IMG/VR virus record: IMGVR_UViG_2585427591_000001 | Coordinates: 1-64,000 of that record | Source: a virus | Lineage: Duplodnaviria > Caudoviricetes | Strand: one strand, 5' to 3' | DNA: 64,000 bases | In this document: piece by piece, positions 8,994 through 17,518 of the stretch | Numbering within the stretch: the first letter of the stretch is position 1 | Layout of the letters: each line of letters begins with the position of its first letter | Notes under the pieces: generated by a model | What the model saw: the letters and a program-made list of their open reading frames with translations, nothing else | Told to the model about the DNA's origin: nothing | The model's database searches: none | Made by a program: the position numbers and the translations under genes

Positions 8994-9582
8994 ATGCAGT
9001 ACAGATGTGAACCCCGTGCAGGATTTTGTTATCGAAATCTTCAAAGAAGACAAGACTTACAAAGGACTGAAGCAATTCGATTGTGGTGACGCGGTAATTA
9101 ATCGTTACGCAAAAGACAATCTGAAGCGCGATGGTGTACGTGAAAATAAAAAGATCTTCGTATTGCTCGATCCCAACCGTGATGAGCAATTCGTCGGCTT
9201 TGTTAGCTTACTCCTGCACTTTACGGGAAAGAATGAGCTACCTGAGGACGCGTTTCCCCATCCGCTTCCAAAGATTGTTCCGGTAGTGAAAATATCGATG
9301 ATCGCCGTCGCGAAAGAGTACCAAAGAACGAAAGACGGCTGGGGTAGTGAGTTGCTTAGCATGGCTCTGGACCATGCAATTAAAGTGGCTAAATTGTCCA
9401 GTGAGCTCAAGGCGGTAGTCCTTGATGCTAAAGAAGATGTCGTAGGTTTTTATGAGCGGCATCGTTTTTCACTGGTCGGGCCTAAATCGGAGAACGGCAC
9501 GTATTTAATGTGCTTGTCTATCCGTGACCTGCTGGCGATTGACGCCAAGCGCAAACAGCTGGAAGAGTCAGCTGCGTCGTAA
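8977..9582 (+). CDS. GNAT acetyltransferase toxin (TacT/AtaT/KacT family)
   Basis: FDCGDAVINRY, PVVKISMIAVAKEYQ...GWGSELL, VVLDAK, GFYERHRF. Confidence 0.88.
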   Translation: MSSDNECSTDVNPVQDFVIEIFKEDKTYKGLKQFDCGDAVINRYAKDNLKRDGVRENKKIFVLLDPNRDEQFVGFVSLLLHFTGKNELPEDAFPHPLPKIVPVVKISMIAVAKEYQRTKDGWGSELLSMALDHAIKVAKLSSELKAVVLDAKEDVVGFYERHRFSLVGPKSENGTYLMCLSIRDLLAIDAKRKQLEESAAS

Positions 9583-9623
9583 TTAGTAACCGCGAGCTAC
9601 CAGGTCTTGCGTGTGTAATGAAG

Positions 9624-9654
9624 AAGGCTCAGCAATCTCTGCTGAGCCTTTTTT
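9624..9654 (+). terminator. Intrinsic terminator, possibly bidirectional
   Basis: AAGGCTCAGCA-atctc-TGCTGAGCCTT followed by TTTT. Confidence 0.8.
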
Positions 9655-9758
9655 CTTTTCTGCTTGAGGGTGAAGTTCTTATCTTTATTCAGTCGTAAAA
9701 ACACTCTTCAACTTCTCCGCGTTCTGCTGCCTTTTTCTCGCTTGTGTCAGTGAACCGG

Positions 9759-9854
9759 TTATAAACATAGCCCAACAATAACCAGGCTAATAAAAACAAT
9801 ACCAATGCTACACACCACTCCATAAAGTAATTTCCATATAGTCATAGTAGACAT
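9759..9854 (-). CDS. Putative 31-aa single-TM peptide
   Basis: MSTMTIWKLLYGVVCSIGIVFISLVIVGLCL, read manually; AGGGAA upstream. Confidence 0.4.
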   Translation of the reverse strand: MSTMTIWKLLYGVVCSIGIVFISLVIVGLCL

Positions 9855-10247
9855 TTCCCTGGTGAAGGTGTGGGAATAATTAACCCAATAGCCACACTTA
9901 TCAAATGGGTAATAACGATCAGTTTACGGTTATCGATCGGTTTCAACGATCGATTGAGTTTAAGTAGGTGAGATGCCCGCCCGGCGGGGCTTCGCGAGGA
10001 TTAGACATTTTCAGAAACGAGGATTATACGGCGTGGCGCATCCATTCTTTTCCTGTATTAGCTGTTTATGTATTTAACTCAATTTAATCAATGTTAGAAA
10101 CCCGCAATACATAACGAATAAATATGAATTTTATTTTATTTAAAAATATAACAAATGATTCAGTGTATTGCAGTTACATCACAAATTGATATTAATCACA
10201 AAACATCCCCAATTCGTCCTGAAAAGAAAAATAACCACTTTTTTTAC

Positions 10248-10311
10248 TTGCTATGAAACAAAACTGGCGCTTATCATTCAGTCAAAATAAAACCCGCTTA
10301 GAACTAGGCTA
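10248..10311 (+). promoter_or_regulatory. Early-operon promoter with putative C1 operator
   Basis: TTGCTA (10248)-18-TATCAT (10272); CTTAGAACTAGGCTA at 10297-10311. Confidence 0.7.
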
Positions 10312-10330
10312 GATTAATTCAGGGAGCAAC

Positions 10331-10492
10331 ATGAACAAAGTGTCTTTCATCGTCAAAAGGGCGTCAGTACCGGTCGTTAAGAAGTCATCACTTCTGGCCG
10401 CGCTGGCAAAGGTGGTCTTCGTGATGCCTGTCGTTTTCCTGGTTGTCATGGTGCTGGTCACTGTTTACGAAAATGCGCTCGGAATTAACTAA
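10331..10492 (+). CDS. Small membrane protein (53 aa), first gene of the early operon
   Basis: AGGGAG RBS; MNKVSFIVKRASVPVVKKSSLLAALAKVVFVMPVVFLVVMVLVTVYENALGIN. Confidence 0.7.
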   Translation: MNKVSFIVKRASVPVVKKSSLLAALAKVVFVMPVVFLVVMVLVTVYENALGIN

Positions 10493-10510
10493 CCCCGTTT
10501 TAACTCCACC

Positions 10511-10537
10511 ACTCCTTCGGGAGTTGCTCTTTAAAAA
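10511..10537 (+). promoter_or_regulatory. boxB-like hairpin followed by boxA antitermination signal
   Basis: ACTCC-TTCG-GGAGT immediately followed by TGCTCTTTAAAAA (rrn boxA is TGCTCTTTAACA). Confidence 0.7.
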
Positions 10538-10637
10538 TTTGAAAAAAGCTACGGTAAATTAATGGATTTATTTAACTCAATCCTTACCGCGCACGAAGGG
10601 ATTTTTTCAAATGCCCTGATTTTCTTTATAGCGTTTT

Positions 10638-11201
10638 ATGCAGGAAAAGAAAGGCAGCGAAGAAATACCCGACGGCGCGGTAAGACTCGAACTCGGAGGA
10701 ATTATGGTCGCCGATAATTTTGAACGTCTATTAACAAGTATTCGCGTGAATGCCTTTTTACAAGAAGGCGGGAGCGTTGGGGCACGTAAAGCGGACGATA
10801 TGGGGCTTTATATTGAAAGCGTGGTGGGGCAGTACGCCGAAATCATGGCGCTTGAACCGTTTACCATCCTGTCACTCATGGAACAGCATCGGGTGAAAGC
10901 TGGCGTAGACACCATGGCTTACTACAAGCGGTCCCGGTTCCCTGATGTTGCGGACCTCACGTATTTTGAGAGTGTCGCCGCCATGCGGCGCGCGTTCTCA
11001 ACTACAGGCTATCTGTGCCCGGCCTGCAAAAGTACATCTTCACATGCCACGGTCTGTACTAAATGTGATTTTGATATAGGGGTCGTTAAGTCCTTCGGTA
11101 TGAAGCTTCTCGTTAAAGAAGCATTTCTGACTACCGGGAACGTCGTAAACATCTTCCCGCCTGTAAATGCTGTGCGGCCGGGAAAGCGTAATGCCGCCTG
11201 A
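10638..11201 (+). CDS. Hypothetical phage protein with Zn-ribbon
   Basis: CPAC...CTKC motif; in operon. Confidence 0.7.
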   Translation: MQEKKGSEEIPDGAVRLELGGIMVADNFERLLTSIRVNAFLQEGGSVGARKADDMGLYIESVVGQYAEIMALEPFTILSLMEQHRVKAGVDTMAYYKRSRFPDVADLTYFESVAAMRRAFSTTGYLCPACKSTSSHATVCTKCDFDIGVVKSFGMKLLVKEAFLTTGNVVNIFPPVNAVRPGKRNAA

Positions 11202-11520
11202 CAAGGGATCAAGCTGTCAGGCTTCATTACCCTGCGAACAACACATTGAACGCAGAGTAATGAGGTTTGCAAAAGGAACATGTATGCGGCTTATCAACAA
11301 ATGTGAGAAGGACACGGCGGAGTACGTCGCGGCTGACGCAGCACTGCAAGAGCATTATGAAAAATTCGGGAAATTCGCGCGCCGGCAACGTGATGTGATT
11401 TATCGCGTGAAGGTCACTACCGGCATTGTCACTATCCAGATCCATAGCACGCTGACTTCCTATACCGCTTTTTCCTGTAACCGCGTCCGAGAATTGCAGC
11501 GAGTCTGGGGCGCTAACTGA
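11191..11520 (+). CDS. DUF4060-family protein (conserved part begins MRLINK at 11284)
   Basis: MRLINK...AALQEHYEKFG...YRVKV...SYTA motif as recalled for the family. Confidence 0.65.
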   Translation: MPPDKGSSCQASLPCEQHIERRVMRFAKGTCMRLINKCEKDTAEYVAADAALQEHYEKFGKFARRQRDVIYRVKVTTGIVTIQIHSTLTSYTAFSCNRVRELQRVWGAN

Positions 11521-11534
11521 CTTCAAAACAAATA

Positions 11535-11860
11535 TTGCTGTGTGGTCTTGGCGGCATTCATGCCTTTGCAGACGTGAATGCCGTCCTTTTTCAGGGACAA
11601 AATGTCCGGGCGTTATTTCGCGTCACGATTACGGGGCGTTATCTGCGCAATTTAGCGCCCGGACATTTTATTCCTGTCGACATAGGCAACCGGGACCTAC
11701 AGGCCAGTGGCCTGTTATCTGCGAAGGCGTAAAAACTGGATCGGCGCGGTACCAGCACCGCGTTATCAAGACGGCGAGCGCCGGACGTAAACCGGCACAA
11801 AACGCTAAGGGCTTTACTGAGTGCCGCACGCGGCAGCTGGCAGAGCCTTTATCGTTTTGA
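11535..11860 (+). other. Highly structured intergenic RNA region (terminator plus long stems)
   Basis: 13-bp stem with T-tract (11550-11591), 24-bp stem (11592-11615 / 11653-11676), 18-bp stem (11798-11815 / 11842-11859) and short hairpins between them. Confidence 0.6.
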
Positions 11861-11870
11861 TGGAGGAAAT

Positions 11871-12044
11871 ATGGAATACATCCGGGCGCATATCAGCGCC
11901 TTTTTTGTTGTCTTTTTTATGCTGTGCGTCATCTCGCTTTCTCTTCACTTCGCACCCGCTGAAAGCCGGTTTAATTCGATCTCTGCTTCTAATTCATATC
12001 AGACATTAATAATCGCAGGAGGAAAGTATGGCAACAAAGGCTGA
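11871..12044 (+). CDS. Small membrane protein (57 aa)
   Basis: GGAGG RBS; MEYIRAHISAFFVVFFMLCVISLSLHFAPAES...; read manually. Confidence 0.6.
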   Translation: MEYIRAHISAFFVVFFMLCVISLSLHFAPAESRFNSISASNSYQTLIIAGGKYGNKG

Positions 12045-12330
12045 TTTGGAACGCGACCTTGAACGAGCGCTTCAACGTAACGCAGAGCTCGAAAACCTCT
12101 TATTTGGAGAAGTGCCCGTTATTACCTGCTGGCCGAAAGAAGTGGACGTGATTTTCGACCAGATACCCCGCGTTGGCAGTTTTCCGCCAGCGCATCAACA
12201 CCGCCTGAAACATCACATCAACCGGTTGTGGCTTGAGCGTAAAGCCGTTCCCACAATCGTAACAGTGGTGACTGAGCTTGCTGCCGTCATGGTTAAGGGA
12301 ATAGACAAGAATGAAAGAACTGATCGTTGA
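12028..12330 (+). CDS. Hypothetical phage protein
   Basis: AGGAGG RBS; overlaps neighbours. Confidence 0.75.
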   Translation: MATKADLERDLERALQRNAELENLLFGEVPVITCWPKEVDVIFDQIPRVGSFPPAHQHRLKHHINRLWLERKAVPTIVTVVTELAAVMVKGIDKNERTDR

Positions 12331-14035
12331 TAATTTTGCTGGTGGCGGCGGAGCCTCAACCGGTATTGAAATGGCCATAGGCAGAAGTGTAGATATCGCC
12401 ATCAACCATGACGCGCACGCTATCGCGATGCACACCACCAACCATCCAGACACCCTGCATTACTGTGAATCCGTCTTTGACGTCAATCCCGTGGCCGCTA
12501 CGGGCGGAATGCCGGTAGGGCTGGCGTGGTTTTCCCCTGATTGCCGCCATTTCAGCAAAGCGAAGGGCAGCAAGCCGGTTAAGAAAGAGATCCGCGGGTT
12601 GGCCTGGATTGTAATACGGTGGGCACTGGCTAAGCGCCCACGCGTGATGATGCTTGAGAACGTCGAAGAATTTAAAACGTGGGGGCCGCTGCTCGCCGCT
12701 GCTGATGGTACGGAGCACCCGGATCCTGCCCGTGCAGGCGAAACATTTGCTGCATTCATCGGAATGCTGACTATCGGCGTTGCAGCTGATCATCCGGCAA
12801 TTGCTGAGTGCTGCGAAGTGCTGAACATCGATGTAAACAGCGACGATGTACGCCGCCTGGTGGCCGGTCTGGGATACGTTGTTGATCACCGGGAAATGCG
12901 CGCTTGTGATTACGGCGCGCCGACTATCAGAAAGCGCTTTTTCATGGTTATGCGCTGTGATGGCCAGCCCATTGAATGGCCTGCGGCGAGTCACGCCGAT
13001 CCAAAGTCGCTGGGCGTCCAAAGCGGCAAGTTAGACCCGTGGCGCACCGCTGCGGAATGCATCGACTGGTCAATTCCATGTCCGAGCATTTTCGAACGTA
13101 AAAAACCCCTGGCTGAAAACACGCTCAAGCGCATTGCACGGGGCATACAGCGGTTCGTTATCGATAATCCTACGCCGTTTATTGTTGGTTCGGGCGGTTC
13201 TGAATATCAGGGGAAACCTCGCTCTACTCGATCACCATTCCACACCGTGATGAAGCAGTCCCACTCCGCATTGATCACTCCGATTATTGCGCGCATAGGC
13301 CAGACCGGCTTTAACGGCGACCGTAACGCTTACCCCCTAACTAAAGGCATAACGACGATAACCAGCAAGGCCGAGCACCTGCTAATTGCCCCCGTTATTG
13401 CCCGGCAGTTCGGGAACAGCGTAGGTCATGCAGTTACAGAGCCAAATGGCACGGTGATGGGCGCAGGAGGCGGTAAGAGCCAATTGTGTGCTGCCTTTTT
13501 AGCAAAGCACTACGGCGGAAATTATACCGGGCCAGGCGTTGATATGACTGAACCAACCCACGGCGTCACGACGGTTGATCATCATGCTTTAGTCACGTCA
13601 AACCTGGTGCTGCTGCGAGGGACCTGTAAAGACGGGCGGGTTGTAACCGAACCGGTACCCGCCATTACCGCTTTAGGGCTGCATATCGGCGAGGTTCGTG
13701 CATTTCTCCTCAAATATTATGGAAATGAAAAAGAGGGCGTCAGCCTTCGGGAGGCGCTCCACACGGTCACAACCAATGATCGCTTTGGTCTGGTGACGGT
13801 TGAAGGCGTCGATTATCAGATCGTTGACATCGGTATGCGCATGCTCCAGCCCCACGAGTTGTATCGCGCGCAGGGGTTCCCTGAATGGTACGTCATTGAC
13901 CAGGATTACGCGGGAAATCGCTATGCGAAAGATAAGCAAGTCGCCCGGTGCGGCAACGCCGTGCCGCCGCAATTTGCAGAGGCCCTTGTGCGGGTAAACA
14001 TGCAAGAAATGTGCAGTGAAAGAGAGGTAGCGTGA
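12311..14035 (+). CDS. Orphan DNA (cytosine-5)-methyltransferase
   Basis: Motif I FAGGGG, IV SPDC, VI ENVEEF, VIII TIRKR, IX-X ELYRAQGFP...GNAVPP; long variable region. Confidence 0.95.
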   Translation: MKELIVDNFAGGGGASTGIEMAIGRSVDIAINHDAHAIAMHTTNHPDTLHYCESVFDVNPVAATGGMPVGLAWFSPDCRHFSKAKGSKPVKKEIRGLAWIVIRWALAKRPRVMMLENVEEFKTWGPLLAAADGTEHPDPARAGETFAAFIGMLTIGVAADHPAIAECCEVLNIDVNSDDVRRLVAGLGYVVDHREMRACDYGAPTIRKRFFMVMRCDGQPIEWPAASHADPKSLGVQSGKLDPWRTAAECIDWSIPCPSIFERKKPLAENTLKRIARGIQRFVIDNPTPFIVGSGGSEYQGKPRSTRSPFHTVMKQSHSALITPIIARIGQTGFNGDRNAYPLTKGITTITSKAEHLLIAPVIARQFGNSVGHAVTEPNGTVMGAGGGKSQLCAAFLAKHYGGNYTGPGVDMTEPTHGVTTVDHHALVTSNLVLLRGTCKDGRVVTEPVPAITALGLHIGEVRAFLLKYYGNEKEGVSLREALHTVTTNDRFGLVTVEGVDYQIVDIGMRMLQPHELYRAQGFPEWYVIDQDYAGNRYAKDKQVARCGNAVPPQFAEALVRVNMQEMCSEREVA

Positions 14036-14346
14036 AACAAAGAACACCTTATTGCGATTTAAAAATTCATGACCTGCGCATTTTTGACCATGTTGCAAAA
14101 GGCAATACACATACTGAAACAGGGGGTGAATTCGGTATGACGCAGGCCGGCGTTACGCTGGCAATTGCTCGCATAGAGCGCCAGTTTAAAGTCCGGCTTT
14201 TCATGAAAAACGGGCGGAGCAAGGCTCTCACGACGAAGGGGCTGGAAGTTCAGAAGACTGTCGTAAGCATTCTTAAGAGTATCGACACAGTTTCAATAAA
14301 TCGCAGGACCAGACAAGGGGATCACCATGACAAAAACGAAAAGTAA
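14032..14346 (+). CDS. LysR-type HTH-only protein
   Basis: DLRIF...MTQAGVTLAIARIERQFKVRLF...LTTKG; no effector domain. Confidence 0.75.
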   Translation: MKQRTPYCDLKIHDLRIFDHVAKGNTHTETGGEFGMTQAGVTLAIARIERQFKVRLFMKNGRSKALTTKGLEVQKTVVSILKSIDTVSINRRTRQGDHHDKNEK

Positions 14347-15004
14347 CAACAGTACGGGCCTTTTAGCGTTCAGTGTTCAGGCACCTGACGCGGGTACCAT
14401 CAGCTTTGCAAAAGACAATTACACCGCCAAAAAAGACGGCGCTAACTATCTGGGGCTGGAGTTAAGCGAGATCGTGTCCTGCCGGCGTATGCCGTCGCTG
14501 GATGTCTACGCGGATCAAGGTTCCGTGCCGTGGAAGGTCCTTATCGAAGAGCATGGCTGGAGCCAGGAGTGTGGCTGGTGCCAGCGCCTGGTCAGTAAAG
14601 AAAGTACCGTCCGCGTTTATAACGAAGACGGAGAGCATGTTTATTGCGACGCCGAATGCCTGGCGCGTCGCAATAATCATGATCTGGATAACGACGCTGA
14701 AGACAAATTGTCTGCAGCGCTTGAGCAGTCCCTGATTGATGCCACGCTGGCGCGCTTTGAGGGCGTGATGAATGTGGTGGTTGATGATGCAGCCAAGGGA
14801 ATGGTGCACTTTTCCTTCCCCGGAAGTGACGGCGCGGCCTGGTGGAAGGTGGGCGCAGATACCGTCTCACTAAACAAAGTGGATGCCGCCGCGTGGAATA
14901 CATATCGCGAATGTTACCGGAAGGTCCCTGTGGACCCCGAGCACACCCCGCCGGAAGGTGGCGGCGACACCCAGCAGCCCGGCGAAGACGAAAGCCAGCA
15001 CTAA
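14327..15004 (+). CDS. Hypothetical phage protein (Cys-rich)
   Basis: GWSQECGWC...YCDAEC; RBS; coupled to neighbours. Confidence 0.75.
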   Translation: MTKTKSNNSTGLLAFSVQAPDAGTISFAKDNYTAKKDGANYLGLELSEIVSCRRMPSLDVYADQGSVPWKVLIEEHGWSQECGWCQRLVSKESTVRVYNEDGEHVYCDAECLARRNNHDLDNDAEDKLSAALEQSLIDATLARFEGVMNVVVDDAAKGMVHFSFPGSDGAAWWKVGADTVSLNKVDAAAWNTYRECYRKVPVDPEHTPPEGGGDTQQPGEDESQH

Positions 15005-15049
15005 CAGCACGGCGCGGCCGCCAGCGCCCGCATTCTGAAAGGGACATTC

Positions 15050-15421
15050 ATGCAAGATACGAATCACAACCCGGACGCCCCGGACATTGAAGCAATGAGC
15101 AACCTTGAAGCAAACAGGCAGGTTGCTTTGCTGGTGGGCGTTGTTCTTCCAACCCACTGCTTTATCGGTCAGGAAGGCGATGTCCTGACCGATGAATCCG
15201 AAGATAACGCGCCCCTTTTTCCTGATTACTGCAACAACGGCGCATCTATCCGCACGTTTAAGAGCCTCTACCAGATTGAAGTGATACCCGAAAGGGGCAA
15301 TCGGTGGCGTGCGGTACACATTCCCAATAAGGGTATTTTCAGCCGTTCTGAATGCGCCGGCCGTGCGGTATTGAACACGATGCTGATGATCGAACGGCGT
15401 AATAAGAAGGATGGCTTATGA
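15050..15421 (+). CDS. NinX/DUF2591-like phage protein
   Basis: MSNLEANRQVA...PDYCNN...RAVLNTML pattern. Confidence 0.55.
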   Translation: MQDTNHNPDAPDIEAMSNLEANRQVALLVGVVLPTHCFIGQEGDVLTDESEDNAPLFPDYCNNGASIRTFKSLYQIEVIPERGNRWRAVHIPNKGIFSRSECAGRAVLNTMLMIERRNKKDGL

Positions 15422-16068
15422 CCACTGCAAATATCAACGTTGAACGGATAACCAATTATCTGGCCAAGGTAGAAAAAGCCAGCGCCAATGTTATTTCCAA
15501 AGCCTTGGGGCTGGACAAGGTCTTGGTAAGTGCAATTCTCAGTGCTCAGGTAAGAAGACACCTGGTTACGCGGGCGAAAGGAAGTTCGTATTACAGGCTT
15601 GCCGAAGTGCGTGAACCGTTGCCAGAAGTCGATATGTCTACCCTCGACTTTGTTGAATTAATCATCGGGAAGACACTGACCTACATTGAGCTCAGGAAGC
15701 TGGTCGAAGACACACACCCCGGCTTCACAATGAAGATGGACGCGGTGCGCAAGCGTATCCGTGTCCTACGTCAATCGCCTTACGTCAATATTGAACGAAT
15801 CAATGAAGGCGTTGTTGCCCATCACCTGATCAGTTACAGCCCGGAGTATGTGAAATACGTCGAGCGGGCAAAAGCTGCCAGTAAAGCAGAAATGGCCGCC
15901 CGTGCCGCACGGGCGGCCGCGGCGAAAGAAGACGATCCCCGCCAGGTTCTTCGTTCCAGCGAATTCCACCCGCGAGAACGAGCTTGCTGCACCATGTCAT
16001 CGATGTTTAACGATTTGCTGAAGTCTGCCCGCAAGCCAGTTGAGAGCGAAACGGGAGAGAAAGCATGA
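15418..16068 (+). CDS. Winged-helix protein with an Lpa-like C-terminal domain
   Basis: N-terminal wHTH-like segment; HP...KR...SP...L...P.Y pattern shared with Lpa (28975). Confidence 0.55.
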   Translation: MTTANINVERITNYLAKVEKASANVISKALGLDKVLVSAILSAQVRRHLVTRAKGSSYYRLAEVREPLPEVDMSTLDFVELIIGKTLTYIELRKLVEDTHPGFTMKMDAVRKRIRVLRQSPYVNIERINEGVVAHHLISYSPEYVKYVERAKAASKAEMAARAARAAAAKEDDPRQVLRSSEFHPRERACCTMSSMFNDLLKSARKPVESETGEKA

Positions 16069-16661
16069 AAAAGTTAGAGGTATTTGGGTACCTGAACAAA
16101 ATAACCGGCCGGCTCAGTACACCGGCCGAGCAACCCGCGGCGGCTGAGATGCCAGAGGTGTATGAGGCGTTGTACCGCCATACCGACTTGCTGGCGCTGA
16201 CGGCCGAGAAAGTCACGCTGGAGAAGCTGGTAGACAAAATGGCCGATATCGGGGACCTGATCAACACGCAGAGCAACCGCTGTACCGATCAGCCTTTCTT
16301 TGCCGTCATGACCAAAAAGGAAGAGCCCGCATCCGAAGACCACGGCTTTGACCGGATAGCCTGGGTACACCCTGACAGGGATTATGCGGAGGCGGACGAG
16401 CGCACCTCCGGCAGGCTTGATGCCTTGTATGACGATGGCCGGGAGATCAAAGGCTGGGAGCGTATCCCGGTGAAGAAAGTGGATGAATTCAGGATCGGTT
16501 GTTTCACCGAGCAGGGCTGTAAAGACTACATCGGGCGTAATGGCCATAACCTGAGAGAGCCTTTCATTTTCGCCTTCGGTACCTATCGTAATTGCGAGTA
16601 TCAGGAGGTGCGTAACTTCCTGATCACCGTCGCCAACCAGCGCGCCCGGAGGACTGTATGA
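16065..16661 (+). CDS. Hypothetical phage protein (Ead/Ea22-associated domain)
   Basis: TQSNRCTDQPFF...FTEQGCKDYIGRNGHNL motif common in enterobacterial prophages. Confidence 0.75.
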   Translation: MKKLEVFGYLNKITGRLSTPAEQPAAAEMPEVYEALYRHTDLLALTAEKVTLEKLVDKMADIGDLINTQSNRCTDQPFFAVMTKKEEPASEDHGFDRIAWVHPDRDYAEADERTSGRLDALYDDGREIKGWERIPVKKVDEFRIGCFTEQGCKDYIGRNGHNLREPFIFAFGTYRNCEYQEVRNFLITVANQRARRTV

Positions 16662-17428
16662 AAGAACGTCCGATCATCTTTAATAGCGATATGGTGAAAG
16701 CCATTCTCGCTGGCAGTAAAACGCAGACGCGTCGGGTTATGAAGAATCAACCAAAGCCGAGCAAGACGCGTGAAGGGGATTACTGGTTCTCATGCGACAA
16801 GATGCAAACCATGGTCCATGTTTCTGATTTCTCACGCGACAATCCCTACATGCCCGATGCTCATGAATTTTTTAGCGCATGTTGCCCGATTGGTGCAGTA
16901 GGCGATCAGCTTTGGGTGCGTGAAACGTTTGCAACCCTTGGTAACGAAGATGGTTGTGCAATCGACTGGCAAGAAAATTTGATTAAGGCTGGTGGCCCAG
17001 ATGCAGCACGAGTGTATCGCGCAAGCTGCGAGCAACGACCCGGCAATTATGGCCTTTGGACAATTCCTGATGATGCATTCTGGAAGCCTCATACCGAGAA
17101 CATGCAATACGAAGGTTCTTGGGTGCCATCCATCCACATGCCGCGCTGGGCAAGCCGTATTCAGCTGCAAATAACAAATGTTGGAGTTCAGCGGCTTCAA
17201 GACATCAGTTCAGGTGATGCTGTCCGCGAGGGTATTTGCCAACTTACGGCATCAGGCCGCTACTGCATCACTCAAGGTGATCAGTATTTCGGTGGTGCGA
17301 GCCACAACGCCAAAGAAGTTTATTCTTGGTTGTGGGAATCGATTTACGGCGAAGGCAGTTGGCAGGCTAACCCGTGGGTATGGGTGATTGAATTCGAGAG
17401 AGTTGAAAAACAAGGAAGCCAGTTATGA
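16658..17428 (+). CDS. ASCH/PUA-like phage protein
   Basis: MKERPIIFNSDMVKAILAGSKTQTRR, GDQLWVRET, PSIHMPRWASRI, NPWVWVIEF. Confidence 0.8.
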   Translation: MKERPIIFNSDMVKAILAGSKTQTRRVMKNQPKPSKTREGDYWFSCDKMQTMVHVSDFSRDNPYMPDAHEFFSACCPIGAVGDQLWVRETFATLGNEDGCAIDWQENLIKAGGPDAARVYRASCEQRPGNYGLWTIPDDAFWKPHTENMQYEGSWVPSIHMPRWASRIQLQITNVGVQRLQDISSGDAVREGICQLTASGRYCITQGDQYFGGASHNAKEVYSWLWESIYGEGSWQANPWVWVIEFERVEKQGSQL

Positions 17429-17518
17429 CGGTTTTCCTAAGCCAAAACAACCACTGGAGGAAGCACGTAAGGAACCGCAAGTTGACGGCTTAACCTGAAA
17501 ATTAAAAAAACGGAGGGG

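Noticed and set aside
9915-9953. Cluster of three CGATC words
   Set aside because: Too short to assign; no rep gene, DnaA boxes or iterons nearby to support an origin.
11535-12009. ORFs 11535-11732, 11540-11860 and 11821-12009
   Set aside because: No RBS, non-ATG starts, and they overlap RNA stems; the RBS-led 11871-12044 ORF is preferred.
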